The translations under genes and the position numbers were made by a program. From Acidimicrobiales bacterium (GTDB lineage Bacteria > Actinomycetota > Acidimicrobiia > Acidimicrobiales > Aldehydirespiratoraceae), in the NCBI GenBank assembly GCA_033344915.1, contig JAWPML010000001.1, forward strand, positions 3,241,736 through 3,305,735: DNA of 64,000 nt, in the 5' to 3' direction. Position 1 is the first letter of the stretch. Each line of letters opens with the position of its first letter. The notes beneath the pieces were generated by a model that did not search any database, was not told the DNA's origin, and worked only from the letters and a program-made list of their open reading frames with translations. Below are positions 46,184-56,247 of this stretch, piece by piece.

Positions 46184-47514
46184 GCGGCATGGCCGGAGAC
46201 CGAGCGGCGCGGCGCAACGTCCTGTTCATCCTGGCGGACCAGCTCCAGGCGTGGGCGCTCGGGTGCACGGGCCACCCCGACATCGCCACACCGAACCTCG
46301 ACGCCCTGGCCGCGGCGGGCACGATGTTCACCGACGCCTATGTCGAGTTCCCGGTCTGCACCCAGTACCGCGGCGTGCTCAACACGGGCCGCTACGCCTC
46401 CGACTCCGGCGTGACCAACTTCGGTATGGGCCCCGCGCCGGGCACCCGCTGCCTGGCCGACGCCCTCGGCGACGCCGGTCTGTGGACGAGCTATGTCGGC
46501 AAGTGGCACCTGTACGAGTTCTTCGACATGGCCGTGCTCGCCGAGCAACGCTGCGGCTTCGAGCGCTTCATCGGCTACCAGAGCTACAACAGCTATCGCG
46601 AGGGCATCCGGTTCTGGGACGAGAACGGCGGTTGCCGCGAGTTCGTCGGCGGACATCGCACCGTCGCCACCGCGGACCTCGCGATCGAACGGCTCCGGGA
46701 GATCCCGACCGACCGGGACTTCGCCATGTTCGTCAGCTTTCTCAATCCCCACTACCCGCTCGAGCCGTTGCCCGAGTACGAGGCGATGTACGCCGGGGTC
46801 GACATCTCGCTGCGGCCCAACGTGACTCAACCGGACCAGGTCTTCACACCGACCTACAGCCCGGCGAGTCCGCAGCCCGTCACCGAGGATCCGAACTATC
46901 TGCGCTACGGCCGATCGATCGAGGACTTCTGGCGCTTCTACGCCGCGATGGTCACCCAGCTCGACCACGAGGTCGGTCGGCTCCTCGACGAGCTCCGCAC
47001 CCTCGGCCGCGACGAGGACACCCTCGTGATTTTCACCAGCGACCACGGCGAGATGGGCGGCAGCCACGGCCTGATGAACAAGTACGTGTGGCACGAGGAG
47101 TCCGTGCGGGTGCCGTTCCTCGTCCGCAGCCCCGGCTCCCCGGCCGGCACCCGGATCGCGACACCCGTCGCGGCCGGCGTCGACATCTGGCCGACGGTGC
47201 TGGACTGGATCGGAGCGGGCGCCGAGCCCGGGCTCCCGGGCGCCTCGATCGTCCCGATGCTCGATGCCGGGGCCGACGGCGCCCACCATCCGGCGTTCGC
47301 CGAGGCCGCCGATCCCGAACGCGGCTACGTGATGGTCCGCGACGGCGACTGGAAGTACGTGGCGGCGTACGGGTCCGACGCCACGATCGCCCTGCACCAT
47401 CTCGGCGACGATCCCTACGAGCAGACGGACGTCGCCGCCGATCATCCCGACGAGGTCGCCCGCCTCGGCGAACTCGTCCGGGCCTGGAAGGCCGAGACGG
47501 TTACCGGTACCTGA
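46180..47514 (+). CDS. Type I sulfatase paralogue with a non-canonical active-site motif
   Basis: The ATG overlaps the upstream stop in an ATGA, giving 444 aa. It has LFILADQL, then the motif PVCTQYRGVLNTGR (C-T-Q-Y-R at 46357-46371), then SDHGEMGG. Confidence 0.8.
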   Translation: MSGMAGDRAARRNVLFILADQLQAWALGCTGHPDIATPNLDALAAAGTMFTDAYVEFPVCTQYRGVLNTGRYASDSGVTNFGMGPAPGTRCLADALGDAGLWTSYVGKWHLYEFFDMAVLAEQRCGFERFIGYQSYNSYREGIRFWDENGGCREFVGGHRTVATADLAIERLREIPTDRDFAMFVSFLNPHYPLEPLPEYEAMYAGVDISLRPNVTQPDQVFTPTYSPASPQPVTEDPNYLRYGRSIEDFWRFYAAMVTQLDHEVGRLLDELRTLGRDEDTLVIFTSDHGEMGGSHGLMNKYVWHEESVRVPFLVRSPGSPAGTRIATPVAAGVDIWPTVLDWIGAGAEPGLPGASIVPMLDAGADGAHHPAFAEAADPERGYVMVRDGDWKYVAAYGSDATIALHHLGDDPYEQTDVAADHPDEVARLGELVRAWKAETVTGT

Positions 47515-47516
47515 GC

Positions 47517-48716
47517 TCAGAGATGCAGGGTGACCGACTTGTAGCCCCGCACGGTGGAGGTGTGGACCCACTCGAGGGCGTCGTGGTCCACGTCCCAGGC
47601 GCCGAACCGTCGCACCATCTGCTCGAGGCCGACGCGGCCCTCCAGGCGGGCGAGCGCGCCGCCGATACAGAAGTGGGCGCCGTAGCCGAACGACAGGTGG
47701 CGGTCGATGTCACGGGTGATGTCGAACCGGTCGGCGTCGGCGAAGTGGCGCTCGTCGCGGTTGCCGCTGCCGTTGACGAGCAGCAGGTTCGAGCCCGCGG
47801 GCACGGTCTCGCCGTGGAACTCGACATCGCGCATGGTCCGCCGCCCCTGCACCGGTGACGGGGCCTCGTAGCGGAGGATCTCCTCCACCGCGTTCGGGAT
47901 GCGGGCCTCGTCCTCGCCCAGCATCGCGAGCTGCTCCGGGTGATCGGCGAGCAGCACGACGGCCCACCCGAGCATCCGGGCCACCGTCTCGCTGCCCGCG
48001 CCGGCGATGAGGGCGACGTAGCCCATGATCTCCTCGTCGGTGAGCGGCCGGGTGGTGCCGTCCAGCAGCTCGCGCTCGTGAGTGGCGAGCACCGTGATGA
48101 GGTCGTCCTGGGGCTCCGCCCGCCGCTGCCGGCAGAGGTCGGGGATGAGCTCGTAGACGACGCTGCCGATGTTCTCGCCCTCGATCACCGCCCGGCTCCC
48201 GGTCGACACGTTCTCGTCGATCGCCATCGTGTTGTCGACCGACGCCCGCATCTCGGTCTCCAGCCCCTCCGGGAACCCGAGGAGGGCGAGGATCACCGTC
48301 GGCGGCACGAGCGAGGAGAACGTCTGGACGAAGTCGAAGGTGGACAGACCCTCCAGTGGGTCCAACAGCCGGGCGCACACCCGCTCGATGCGGGCCTCCA
48401 GACCGTCGATCTTGCGCGGCGTGAACGCCCGGCTCACGAGCTTGCGCAGCAGGGTGTGCTCCGGCGGGTCCCGGAAGATGAACATCGGCATCGGGAACAC
48501 CTGGTCGCTCATCAGGTCGAGGGTCGTGCCGAAGCGGGACACGTAGGTGTCGGCGTCGAGGAGGCACGTCAGCACGTCGTCGTAGCGGGTGAGCGCGTAG
48601 AAGTCGTGCTTCTCGTTGCGGTACAGCGGCGCCTCGTCCCGCATGCGGCGCCACACGTCGTGGGCCCGCCGATCGACGTCGAAGTCGAACGGGTCGTAGT
48701 ACAAGGGCTCGGCCAT
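47517..48716 (-). CDS. Cytochrome P450
   Basis: Heme-ligand loop FGYGAHFCIGGALARLE, I-helix AGSETV, and the EEILRYEAP (ExxR) motif. Confidence 0.9.
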   Translation of the reverse strand: MAEPLYYDPFDFDVDRRAHDVWRRMRDEAPLYRNEKHDFYALTRYDDVLTCLLDADTYVSRFGTTLDLMSDQVFPMPMFIFRDPPEHTLLRKLVSRAFTPRKIDGLEARIERVCARLLDPLEGLSTFDFVQTFSSLVPPTVILALLGFPEGLETEMRASVDNTMAIDENVSTGSRAVIEGENIGSVVYELIPDLCRQRRAEPQDDLITVLATHERELLDGTTRPLTDEEIMGYVALIAGAGSETVARMLGWAVVLLADHPEQLAMLGEDEARIPNAVEEILRYEAPSPVQGRRTMRDVEFHGETVPAGSNLLLVNGSGNRDERHFADADRFDITRDIDRHLSFGYGAHFCIGGALARLEGRVGLEQMVRRFGAWDVDHDALEWVHTSTVRGYKSVTLHL

Positions 48717-49708
48717 CAGGTGCCTCCGACGTGAATGATGGCCTTGCCGGTCGCCGACCGGCCAGCCAGCGACGACAGCGCCTCGGGAACGGCGTCGAAG
48801 GAATGGGGCCGCACCGGGATCGAACCGAGCGAGCCGTCACGCCGTCGGTCCAGCAGCCGGTCGTAGATCGCCTCCACGTGGGGTCGGTCGTACGCCCCCG
48901 CGTAGACGCCCATCGTCGAGAAGTTGCCCGTGACCATCCGCGCCGGATCGATCACCGGCCAGCGCCCCGAGGCGAAGCCGACGAGCAGGAGCCGTCCGTG
49001 GTTGGCCATCGCCTTGGCCATCCGTTCGCCGGTCTCCCCGCCGACCGGGTCGAAGACGACGGCCGCGCCCGAGCCATCGGTGACCTCCCGGATGGTGGTC
49101 GCCAGATCGTCGATCGTGTGGTGGTCGATCACCTCGTCGGCTCCGAGGCCGGCGCAGAACGATGCCTTGTCGACACCTCCGGCCACGGCGACCACGCGGG
49201 CACCGAGGCTCTTCCCGAGCAGTACCGCGGCGGAGCCACTCCCGCCGGCGGCGCCGAGGACGACGAGGTTCTCACCGGGCTGGATCGCGGCCCGGTCGAC
49301 CAGCGCGTTCCACGCCGTCACGAACGGGATGTGGAATCCCGCCGCAGTCTCGTCGTCGAGGTCGGGCGGCGCCGGGAAGATGGTGTTCGCGGCAGCAAGA
49401 CACTGCTCGGCGAGTCCGCCGGCACCGAGGTAGAACGCGGTCACGCCCATCTGACGGGTGCCGGTGAGCGCGTCGTCCACGCCCTCCCCGACGGCGTCCA
49501 CCACGCCGACGACCTCCTGACCCGGCGTGAAGGGCCGGGCCGGCGTGAAGAGATAGGTACCGGCACACATCAGCACGTCGGGGAACCCGACGGCGGCGGC
49601 GTCGACGCGCAAGCGGACCATTCCCGGACCGGGCACCGGCGGCTCGATGTCGACGCGGGCGAGCACGTCGTGCGGCTCGCCGGTCGCGGTCACCTGCCAT
49701 GCGTCCAT
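48716..49708 (-). CDS. NADPH:quinone oxidoreductase-like MDR family protein
   Basis: 330 aa with a GroES-like N-domain (PGQEVVGVV), the GAAGGSGSAAV dinucleotide fold, and a 1-nt overlap with the P450 start. Confidence 0.85.
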   Translation of the reverse strand: MDAWQVTATGEPHDVLARVDIEPPVPGPGMVRLRVDAAAVGFPDVLMCAGTYLFTPARPFTPGQEVVGVVDAVGEGVDDALTGTRQMGVTAFYLGAGGLAEQCLAAANTIFPAPPDLDDETAAGFHIPFVTAWNALVDRAAIQPGENLVVLGAAGGSGSAAVLLGKSLGARVVAVAGGVDKASFCAGLGADEVIDHHTIDDLATTIREVTDGSGAAVVFDPVGGETGERMAKAMANHGRLLLVGFASGRWPVIDPARMVTGNFSTMGVYAGAYDRPHVEAIYDRLLDRRRDGSLGSIPVRPHSFDAVPEALSSLAGRSATGKAIIHVGGT

Positions 49709-49761
49709 GACCGAGTCTCGCCGGGAATCGGCCGGCGGTCACGTTGACCTACGCTCCGTCC

Positions 49762-50520
49762 ATGGTCGATCTCTCGGGCAAGGTCTTCGTCATCACCGGC
49801 GGCAACGGCGGCATCGGTCTCGGTATGGCCGAGGGCATCGTCGACGCGGGCGGTGCGGTGGCGATCTGGGGCCGCAAACAGGACAAGAACGCCGACGCCG
49901 TCGCCGCGCTCGAGGCGCGTGGCGGCACCGCCCGCGCCTATGTGGTCGACGTCGCCGACGAGGAGGAGGTCGTCGACGCGATGAACCGCAGCCGGGAGGA
50001 CTTCGGCCGGCTCGACGGCTGCTTCGCCAACGCCGGCCACGGCGGCATCGGCGGGTCCATCCTCGACCTCTCCCTCGAGAGCTGGCGCACGGTCATGCGG
50101 GTGAACCTGGACGGTGTCTTCCTCACGTTCCGCGAAGCCGCCCGCCATCTCGTCGACCAGGGCGAGGGCGGCAGCCTCGTCGGCGTCTCGTCCACCTCCT
50201 CCATCCACGGCGCGGCCAACAACCAGGCCTACGGCACGGCGAAGACGGCGGTGAACGGGCTGGTGCGGGCGCTGGCCGTCGAGCTGGCCCGCCACCAGAT
50301 CCGGGTGAACTCGCTACTCCCCGGCTGGACGATCACCGAGCTCGCCGCGGCTCCGTACGCGAACGATCGCTTCCGCGAGGTCACCACGCGGCGCACGCCG
50401 GTGCGCCGCTGGGCCGAGCCGAGCGAGTTCCGCGAAGTGGGCGCGTGGCTGGCGGACCCGAGCCAGACGTTCCACACCGGCCAGGAGGTCTGTGTGGACG
50501 GCGGCTACACGGTTTTCTGA
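49762..50520 (+). CDS. Short-chain dehydrogenase/reductase
   Basis: ATG at 49762. It has TGGNGGIG, NAG and the catalytic YGTAK. The upstream TTG at 49744 is a possible alternative start. Confidence 0.85.
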   Translation: MVDLSGKVFVITGGNGGIGLGMAEGIVDAGGAVAIWGRKQDKNADAVAALEARGGTARAYVVDVADEEEVVDAMNRSREDFGRLDGCFANAGHGGIGGSILDLSLESWRTVMRVNLDGVFLTFREAARHLVDQGEGGSLVGVSSTSSIHGAANNQAYGTAKTAVNGLVRALAVELARHQIRVNSLLPGWTITELAAAPYANDRFREVTTRRTPVRRWAEPSEFREVGAWLADPSQTFHTGQEVCVDGGYTVF

Positions 50521-50552
50521 ACCGTTCCCGGCGGGGTAGTACCGTCCGCCGC

Positions 50553-51401
50553 ATGGAGATCGTTCCCGTCGCCGGCGCGCTCGGTGCCGAGATTCGTGGC
50601 GTCGACCTCGTCGATCCCGACCTCGACATCGAGCCGGTTCGCGCCGCCCTCCTCGAGCACCAGGTCGTGTTCTTCCGGAATGCGTCACTGACGGAGGCGG
50701 AGCAACTCGCCCTCGGCCGCAAACTCGGCACGCCGAGCGTGTTTCCCGTCGCCCGGCTCCTCGGTGCCACCGAGCCGACGATGACGGTCATCGAGGACGG
50801 CCCCGACAGCCCGAACAAGGCCGACCTGTGGCACACCGACGTCACCTGGACGCCGACACCGCCGGCGTTCGCGATCCTGCACATGGAGGTGAGGCCGGAG
50901 CGGGGCGGCGACACCCTGTGGTGCTCGGCGACCGCCGCCTACGAGGCCTTCTCGCCCGTCATGCAGGCGTTCCTGTGCGGCCTCACGGTGACCCACGACA
51001 ACACGGGATTCGTCCGCCGGATGATCGAGAAGACCGGCGACCCGGACCACCACCTCGTCCACGACCTCCGCCGGGAGTACCCGCCGGTCGTGCATCCGAT
51101 GGTGCGGACCCACCCGGAGACCGGGAAGCGGGCGCTCGTCTGGGCCCGGAACTTCATCTCCCACATCAACGAACTCTCCGCCGAGGAAGGCCGCACCGTG
51201 CTGGACCTGATCGACCACCACGTGACCGACCCTGCGCTGCACTGCCGCTGGTCGTGGACCGAGGGTGACCTGGCGATCTGGGACGAGCGGTCGACGCTGC
51301 ACCGCGCCGCGGCGGATCACTGGCCCCATCGCCGCGTCATCCGGCGGCTCGAGATCGACGGCGACGCCCCGTTCTTCGATCCCGAGCGCGTTCCGGCATG
51401 A
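50553..51401 (+). CDS. TauD/TfdA family Fe(II)/2-oxoglutarate dioxygenase
   Basis: ATG at 50553, 282 aa. It has the WHTDVTW (HxD) motif and a distal His/Arg in STLHRAA..RR. Confidence 0.85.
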   Translation: MEIVPVAGALGAEIRGVDLVDPDLDIEPVRAALLEHQVVFFRNASLTEAEQLALGRKLGTPSVFPVARLLGATEPTMTVIEDGPDSPNKADLWHTDVTWTPTPPAFAILHMEVRPERGGDTLWCSATAAYEAFSPVMQAFLCGLTVTHDNTGFVRRMIEKTGDPDHHLVHDLRREYPPVVHPMVRTHPETGKRALVWARNFISHINELSAEEGRTVLDLIDHHVTDPALHCRWSWTEGDLAIWDERSTLHRAAADHWPHRRVIRRLEIDGDAPFFDPERVPA

Positions 51402-52288
51402 CCGAGGTCCGCCAGGCCGTCACCGGCGACACGCTGCTCGGCGAGTGCCCGATCTGGAGCGAGGCCGAACAGGTCCTCTACTGGGTCGACATCGACGGGA
51501 AGGCGGTGCATCGCTACGACCCGGCGACCGGCGTGGACGAGCAGCGCGACGTCGGCGCCCGTCCGGGCGCGGTGGCGCTGACCGCGGACTCGGGACGGTT
51601 GCTCCTCGCGATCGAGCATCGGATCACCTGGCTCGACTGGCCGAGCGGCGAGGTCACCCCGTGGCTCGACGTGGAGGAGCCGGGCCACAACCGGTTCAAC
51701 GACGGCCGCACCGATCCGGCCGGCCGTCTGGTGATCGGCACGATGTGGCCGAACACCCGGGATCGCCGCCGCACCGGCACCCTCTATTCCATCGAGGGCG
51801 ACGGCACCGTCACGCCGCTGCTGTCCGAGATCGGCGTACCGAACGGGACGGCGTTCGATCCCGATCGCGGCGTGATGTACTTCGCCGACACGGCCAACCG
51901 GATCGTGGTGGTCGCCGACTACGACGTCGAGACGGGCCGCCGGTCGAACGCCCGGGAGTTCCTCGACTACCGCGACCTGCCGGGCAAGCCCGACGGCGCC
52001 TGTCTCGACGCCGACGGCTGCTACTGGTCGGCCTCGGTCCACGGTTCGGCCGTGATCCGGGTCACGCCGGACGGCGTCGTCGACCGGCGCATCGAGCTGC
52101 CGGTCGCCAAGCCGTCCATGCCGGCGTTCGGCGGACCGGATCTGTCGACGCTCTACATCACGACGATCGGCGATGCGGGCTCGGCGCCGGCGGGTCCGGG
52201 GCGCGACGGCTTCACACCCGGAGATCTTCTGGCGGTCGACGTCGACGTGCAGGGACGCCCCGACCCCCTGTTCGCCACGAAGGACTAG
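51398..52288 (+). CDS. SMP-30/gluconolactonase/LRE-like protein
   Basis: ATGA overlap at the start. Motifs are GECPIW, RFNDGRTDPAGR, PNGTAFD and KPDGACLD. Confidence 0.85.
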   Translation: MTEVRQAVTGDTLLGECPIWSEAEQVLYWVDIDGKAVHRYDPATGVDEQRDVGARPGAVALTADSGRLLLAIEHRITWLDWPSGEVTPWLDVEEPGHNRFNDGRTDPAGRLVIGTMWPNTRDRRRTGTLYSIEGDGTVTPLLSEIGVPNGTAFDPDRGVMYFADTANRIVVVADYDVETGRRSNAREFLDYRDLPGKPDGACLDADGCYWSASVHGSAVIRVTPDGVVDRRIELPVAKPSMPAFGGPDLSTLYITTIGDAGSAPAGPGRDGFTPGDLLAVDVDVQGRPDPLFATKD

Positions 52289-52322
52289 CGGCCGGATCGT
52301 CGCAGGGCGTACCTTCGGGCGA

Positions 52323-52862
52323 ATGGATCTGCGGTGGCAGGAGGAGCAGCGGGCCTTCCAGGCGCGCGTCCTGATCGACGACGATCCCGATCTCGCGCTG
52401 CGCCCCTACCGCACGTTCGTCGGCGCGGCCCGCGTGATCGACGACCGCCACTCGAGCCGCACCGAACGGATCCTGCTCACCGTCATCCTCGGCGCCGTCG
52501 TCGTGTCACTGCTGCTGGCGTTCGGCTTCGCTCGGGAGTTCGCCGCGCTGACGGCGAGCGTCACCGGCGGCATCGCCTTGATGATGGCCGTCTCACCCAC
52601 TCCCCCGGCCCGACGCTCGTCGGGCTGGACACCGCTGCTCGCCGTCTACCGCAGCAGCGTCCTGCGGGGCGAGGCGCCGATCTGTGTGACCCAGATCAGC
52701 GTGGACGAGTTCGAACGACTCGGCACCGAAGGGTTCGGCACGGTGGTCGGCCGGCCCCGACCCGGCGCGACGTTCGGCCTGTTCGTCGACGACCATCTCG
52801 TGTGGCCCCGCACGCCGCCGCGGGCCGCCATCCCGACCGACCCGGGCTTCGGCACGAACTGA
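52323..52862 (+). CDS. Hypothetical membrane protein
   Basis: ATG at 52323, 179 aa. It has two predicted TM helices (ILLTVILGAVVVSLLLAFGF and LTASVTGGIALMMAV) and high third-position GC. I do not recognise the family. Confidence 0.55.
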   Translation: MDLRWQEEQRAFQARVLIDDDPDLALRPYRTFVGAARVIDDRHSSRTERILLTVILGAVVVSLLLAFGFAREFAALTASVTGGIALMMAVSPTPPARRSSGWTPLLAVYRSSVLRGEAPICVTQISVDEFERLGTEGFGTVVGRPRPGATFGLFVDDHLVWPRTPPRAAIPTDPGFGTN

Positions 52863-52868
52863 CGCGGC

Positions 52869-53366
52869 TCAGTGGCGCTTGACGCCGCCGTACTTCATCC
52901 GCGTGTCGCTCATCGCCGCGGCACGCGTCTCGTCGTCGTTGATCGCCGCGTCCACGAGCTCGCCGATGAACAGCGTGTGGGTGCCGAGGTCGACCGCCTG
53001 CCGGACCTCGCAGTCCATCCACGCGATCGCCTCGTCGAAGACCGGTGCGCCCGTCGTGGCCGCCCGGACCGCCCGGCCGTTGAGCGTGTCGCCCTCGTCC
53101 ACCGCCGGCTTCGAGAACTTCACGAACACCCGGGTGTCGTCGCTGTCCCAGAGGTTGACGGTGAAGCACCCACCGTCGCTGATGAGCCGGTGCGTGACTG
53201 CCGTGTTGTCGACGCCGATCCCGATGAGCACGGGCTCCATCGACAGCTGCGTGATCCAGCTGGTGGTCATCGCGTTGCGTTCGTCGCCGGCCCGCGAGCC
53301 GACCAACGCCAGCGCGTTGGGGATCTTCCACGTGATGCGGTTGGTCAGTTCGTCGTCGAGCGCCAT
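52869..53366 (-). CDS. Flavin reductase-like FMN-binding protein
   Basis: 165 aa split-barrel protein: NALALVGSRAG...NAMTTSWITQLS..P.LIGIGV. Confidence 0.8.
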   Translation of the reverse strand: MALDDELTNRITWKIPNALALVGSRAGDERNAMTTSWITQLSMEPVLIGIGVDNTAVTHRLISDGGCFTVNLWDSDDTRVFVKFSKPAVDEGDTLNGRAVRAATTGAPVFDEAIAWMDCEVRQAVDLGTHTLFIGELVDAAINDDETRAAAMSDTRMKYGGVKRH

Positions 53367-53381
53367 GGGCGGGACCGTAGC

Positions 53382-54194
53382 TCAGCGGTGGCGAGGCTCA
53401 CGGCAGAGGAACACGCCGACGTCCTTCGTGATCTCCACGACGCCACCTCCCGAGACGAACGCGGCGTCGACCAGCGACCGGAGCTCGGCGATCTGGCCGT
53501 CGTCACCGTCCTCGACCGGCGGGTAGGAGCACATGTAGGCCATGAGGTCGTCCGCCTCGGTCACCCGGAGCGTGTCGGGGAACCGGATCAGCTCGACGTC
53601 GGCGAACGCCGCCTCCAGCATCGGCAGGCCGGAGGCCAGCCCGAACGCCTCCGTGGTGCGATCCACGACCCGACTCGAGAACACCGCGTGCTCGAGCAGC
53701 TTGGTCTCACGGAAGTGGCGCTCGCCGTTCGTCGCGACGATCGCGATCCCGTCGGGACGCAGGACCCGGGCGATCTCGGCCACCGCGTCGGGCGGGTGGG
53801 GCACGTGGTAGAGCATGTGGTTGGCGATCACGTGCACCGCCGATGCGTCGGTGACGTCGAGCCGTTCGGCCGGCGCGACGTGTCCGTTCACCGTGTAGCC
53901 CGCAGCCGATGCCCGGGCGACCGCGGCCTCGACCATGCCCGCGCTCAGGTCGGTGAGCGTGATCGACCCCCGCACCGGCGGCCGGCCTTCCTCCCAGAGA
54001 TGTCCGGGACCGCAGCCGACCTCCACGACCGGCCCGTCCGCCCACGGCACCTGAGCGACCAGCCACGGGAACCACTTCTGCGGTGCCGTCGAATAGAGGG
54101 TGTGCAGCCGCTGGCGATCGGCGAGCTTGTCGGGCGTGCGGTACTGGCTGCCGCGGAGGTACGCCTGGTCGCCCGTGAATCGATCGTCGGTCAT
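53382..54194 (-). CDS. Class I SAM-dependent methyltransferase
   Basis: Motif I is VVEVGCGPG, followed by the DLSAGMV and RVLRPDG motifs. Confidence 0.8.
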   Translation of the reverse strand: MTDDRFTGDQAYLRGSQYRTPDKLADRQRLHTLYSTAPQKWFPWLVAQVPWADGPVVEVGCGPGHLWEEGRPPVRGSITLTDLSAGMVEAAVARASAAGYTVNGHVAPAERLDVTDASAVHVIANHMLYHVPHPPDAVAEIARVLRPDGIAIVATNGERHFRETKLLEHAVFSSRVVDRTTEAFGLASGLPMLEAAFADVELIRFPDTLRVTEADDLMAYMCSYPPVEDGDDGQIAELRSLVDAAFVSGGGVVEITKDVGVFLCREPRHR

Positions 54195-54215
54195 GGACGG
54201 ACGGTACCCGCCTGG

Positions 54216-56219
54216 TCAGTCGAGCTTCGGTCGACCGCTCCCGATCACGGTCGCCGCGCCCTCGACGAACATCGGCCGACCGTCGATGTCGGCGGACTTC
54301 TCCGTCCAGTGGGTCTCCACCTCGAAGTCCGGCGCGCCGGCTGCCGCCATCTCGGCCCGCACGATCTCCTCCCCGACCGCGGTGGCCCGATCCCGCGCCG
54401 CCTCCAGGTCGTAGAGCGTCTCGATGTCGCCGCGGCCGTGCACCCGGAAGATGCCGCGGCGAGGAGCGGTGACGGTGATCCGGCGCCGGATGCGCACCTT
54501 GCCGACGACCGCGCCGATGGCGTTGGCGACGTCCGCGTGTTCGGGCACGGTGACCGCGGCGCCGAGCAGCGCCCCGATCGCCGGGTAGTAGGTGGCCGCC
54601 GGTGCGCCGAGGCCGATGAGCGGGACGGCGAGCCCGACGTCCAGGCGTGCGGTCGACGCGGCACCGTCGAACGCGGCGGCGACGAGCGCGGAGCCGACCG
54701 CGTCGGTCGACAGGCCATCGCGGACGAGCGCCGCCTGGAGGAGCGCTTCGGCGGACTGCCGGGTGAGGGCATCGACGACCGCGACCGAGAGCGCCTCCGC
54801 CCCCGCGGCGACCGGGTTGCCGTAGCGGTCGCGGCGCTGCGCGAAGAGGTCGGCTGCCATCACCGCGAGCTCCGGAGCGTGGGTCGTCTGGGTGCCCAAC
54901 GCATGACTCGCATCCGTCGGCGTGAACCCGCTGAGGCGCACGAGCCCGCGCGTGACGAGGCGACGCAGGGCGCGGGCCTGCAGCCTCGTGTCGACCAGCG
55001 CGTCGGCGGGTGCCGGACCGTCCTCGATCGCGTCGGCGACGGCCTGCTCGGTGCGGTCGAGCCGCGCCGTCGGCAGCCGGCCGGCGGCGGCGACGAACAT
55101 GCCGGACCACTCGGTGGGTGGCGTGTCCGCGTTGCGCTGGCGCACCAGGGTGCGCTCGACCAGGTCGGCATCCACCATCGCGGTGTGCACGATCGGGACG
55201 AGCCGGCGGGGCCCGATCGTGAGCTCGGCGCCGACGGCGCGCTCGGCGAGTCCGACCTCGCTGTCGCCCCCGATGCCGTGGGTGTGCATGAGCACGGCCT
55301 CGACCATCGTCTGGTGACCGCCCACGATCGCCCCCTGCGATCCGAACTCGGGGAGGCCATCGCGCAGGACGGCGATGTCGGTGGTGGTGCCCCCGATGTC
55401 GGCGATGATCGCGTCCGGCGTCGCGGCGAGATGGGCGGCGCCGACGAGGCTCGCCGCCGGCCCCGAGAGGATCGTCTCGACCGGCCGGTCCCGCACGAAG
55501 GCGCTGGAGACGAGCGAGCCGTTGCCCCGCACGACCATGATCGGCGCGTCGATCGAGCGTTCGGTGAGGATCGCCGTCGTCGTCGACACCAATTCGTCGA
55601 TCATGGCGATCAGCCTGGCGTTGAGCAGGGCGGTGACGGACCGCTTCGGCCCGTTGAGGCCGTCGCTGAGCTCGTGGCTGCACGTCACCGGCAGCCCGGT
55701 GCGTTCCCGGATGATCTCGCGGGCGGCGAGCTCGTGTTCGGGATTGCGCACACCGAACTGGCCCGTGACCGCGAACCCCTCGACGTCGTCGGGGAGCGCG
55801 TCGAGACCGGCGACGAGGGCGTCGACATCGAGGTCGGCGACCGCCGTGCCGTGGGGACCGTGGCCCCCGGCGACGGAGATCACCGCGTCGGAACCGATCA
55901 CGTCGCGCAGGCCGCCCCGATCGAGCGCCTCCTCCTCGAAGCCGATCATGACGAGGCAGGCAGGCCGACCGACGCCTTCGACGAGGGCGTTGGTGGCGAG
56001 GGTCGTGGAGAGCGAGACGAGCCCGATGGTGTCCGGCGCGACGGCAGCGGCGGCGAGCGCGCCGTCGAGCGCCTCCCGGATGCCGACGGCGAGATCGTCA
56101 TGGGTCGTCGGCGCCTTCGCCTTCGCCAGGACGACCCCGGCCCGATCGTCGTAGACCACGGCGTCGGTGTAGGTGCCGCCGGTGTCGACGCCCACGAACA
56201 CGGTGCGACCCTCGGACAT
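54216..56219 (-). CDS. Hydantoinase/oxoprolinase A-family protein
   Basis: 667 aa with ASKHA-type phosphate motifs GVDTGGTYTDAV and IADIGGTTTD. Confidence 0.85.
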   Translation of the reverse strand: MSEGRTVFVGVDTGGTYTDAVVYDDRAGVVLAKAKAPTTHDDLAVGIREALDGALAAAAVAPDTIGLVSLSTTLATNALVEGVGRPACLVMIGFEEEALDRGGLRDVIGSDAVISVAGGHGPHGTAVADLDVDALVAGLDALPDDVEGFAVTGQFGVRNPEHELAAREIIRERTGLPVTCSHELSDGLNGPKRSVTALLNARLIAMIDELVSTTTAILTERSIDAPIMVVRGNGSLVSSAFVRDRPVETILSGPAASLVGAAHLAATPDAIIADIGGTTTDIAVLRDGLPEFGSQGAIVGGHQTMVEAVLMHTHGIGGDSEVGLAERAVGAELTIGPRRLVPIVHTAMVDADLVERTLVRQRNADTPPTEWSGMFVAAAGRLPTARLDRTEQAVADAIEDGPAPADALVDTRLQARALRRLVTRGLVRLSGFTPTDASHALGTQTTHAPELAVMAADLFAQRRDRYGNPVAAGAEALSVAVVDALTRQSAEALLQAALVRDGLSTDAVGSALVAAAFDGAASTARLDVGLAVPLIGLGAPAATYYPAIGALLGAAVTVPEHADVANAIGAVVGKVRIRRRITVTAPRRGIFRVHGRGDIETLYDLEAARDRATAVGEEIVRAEMAAAGAPDFEVETHWTEKSADIDGRPMFVEGAATVIGSGRPKLD

Positions 56220-56247
56220 CGGCCCAGTCTGCCCCTACGATCCCTCC

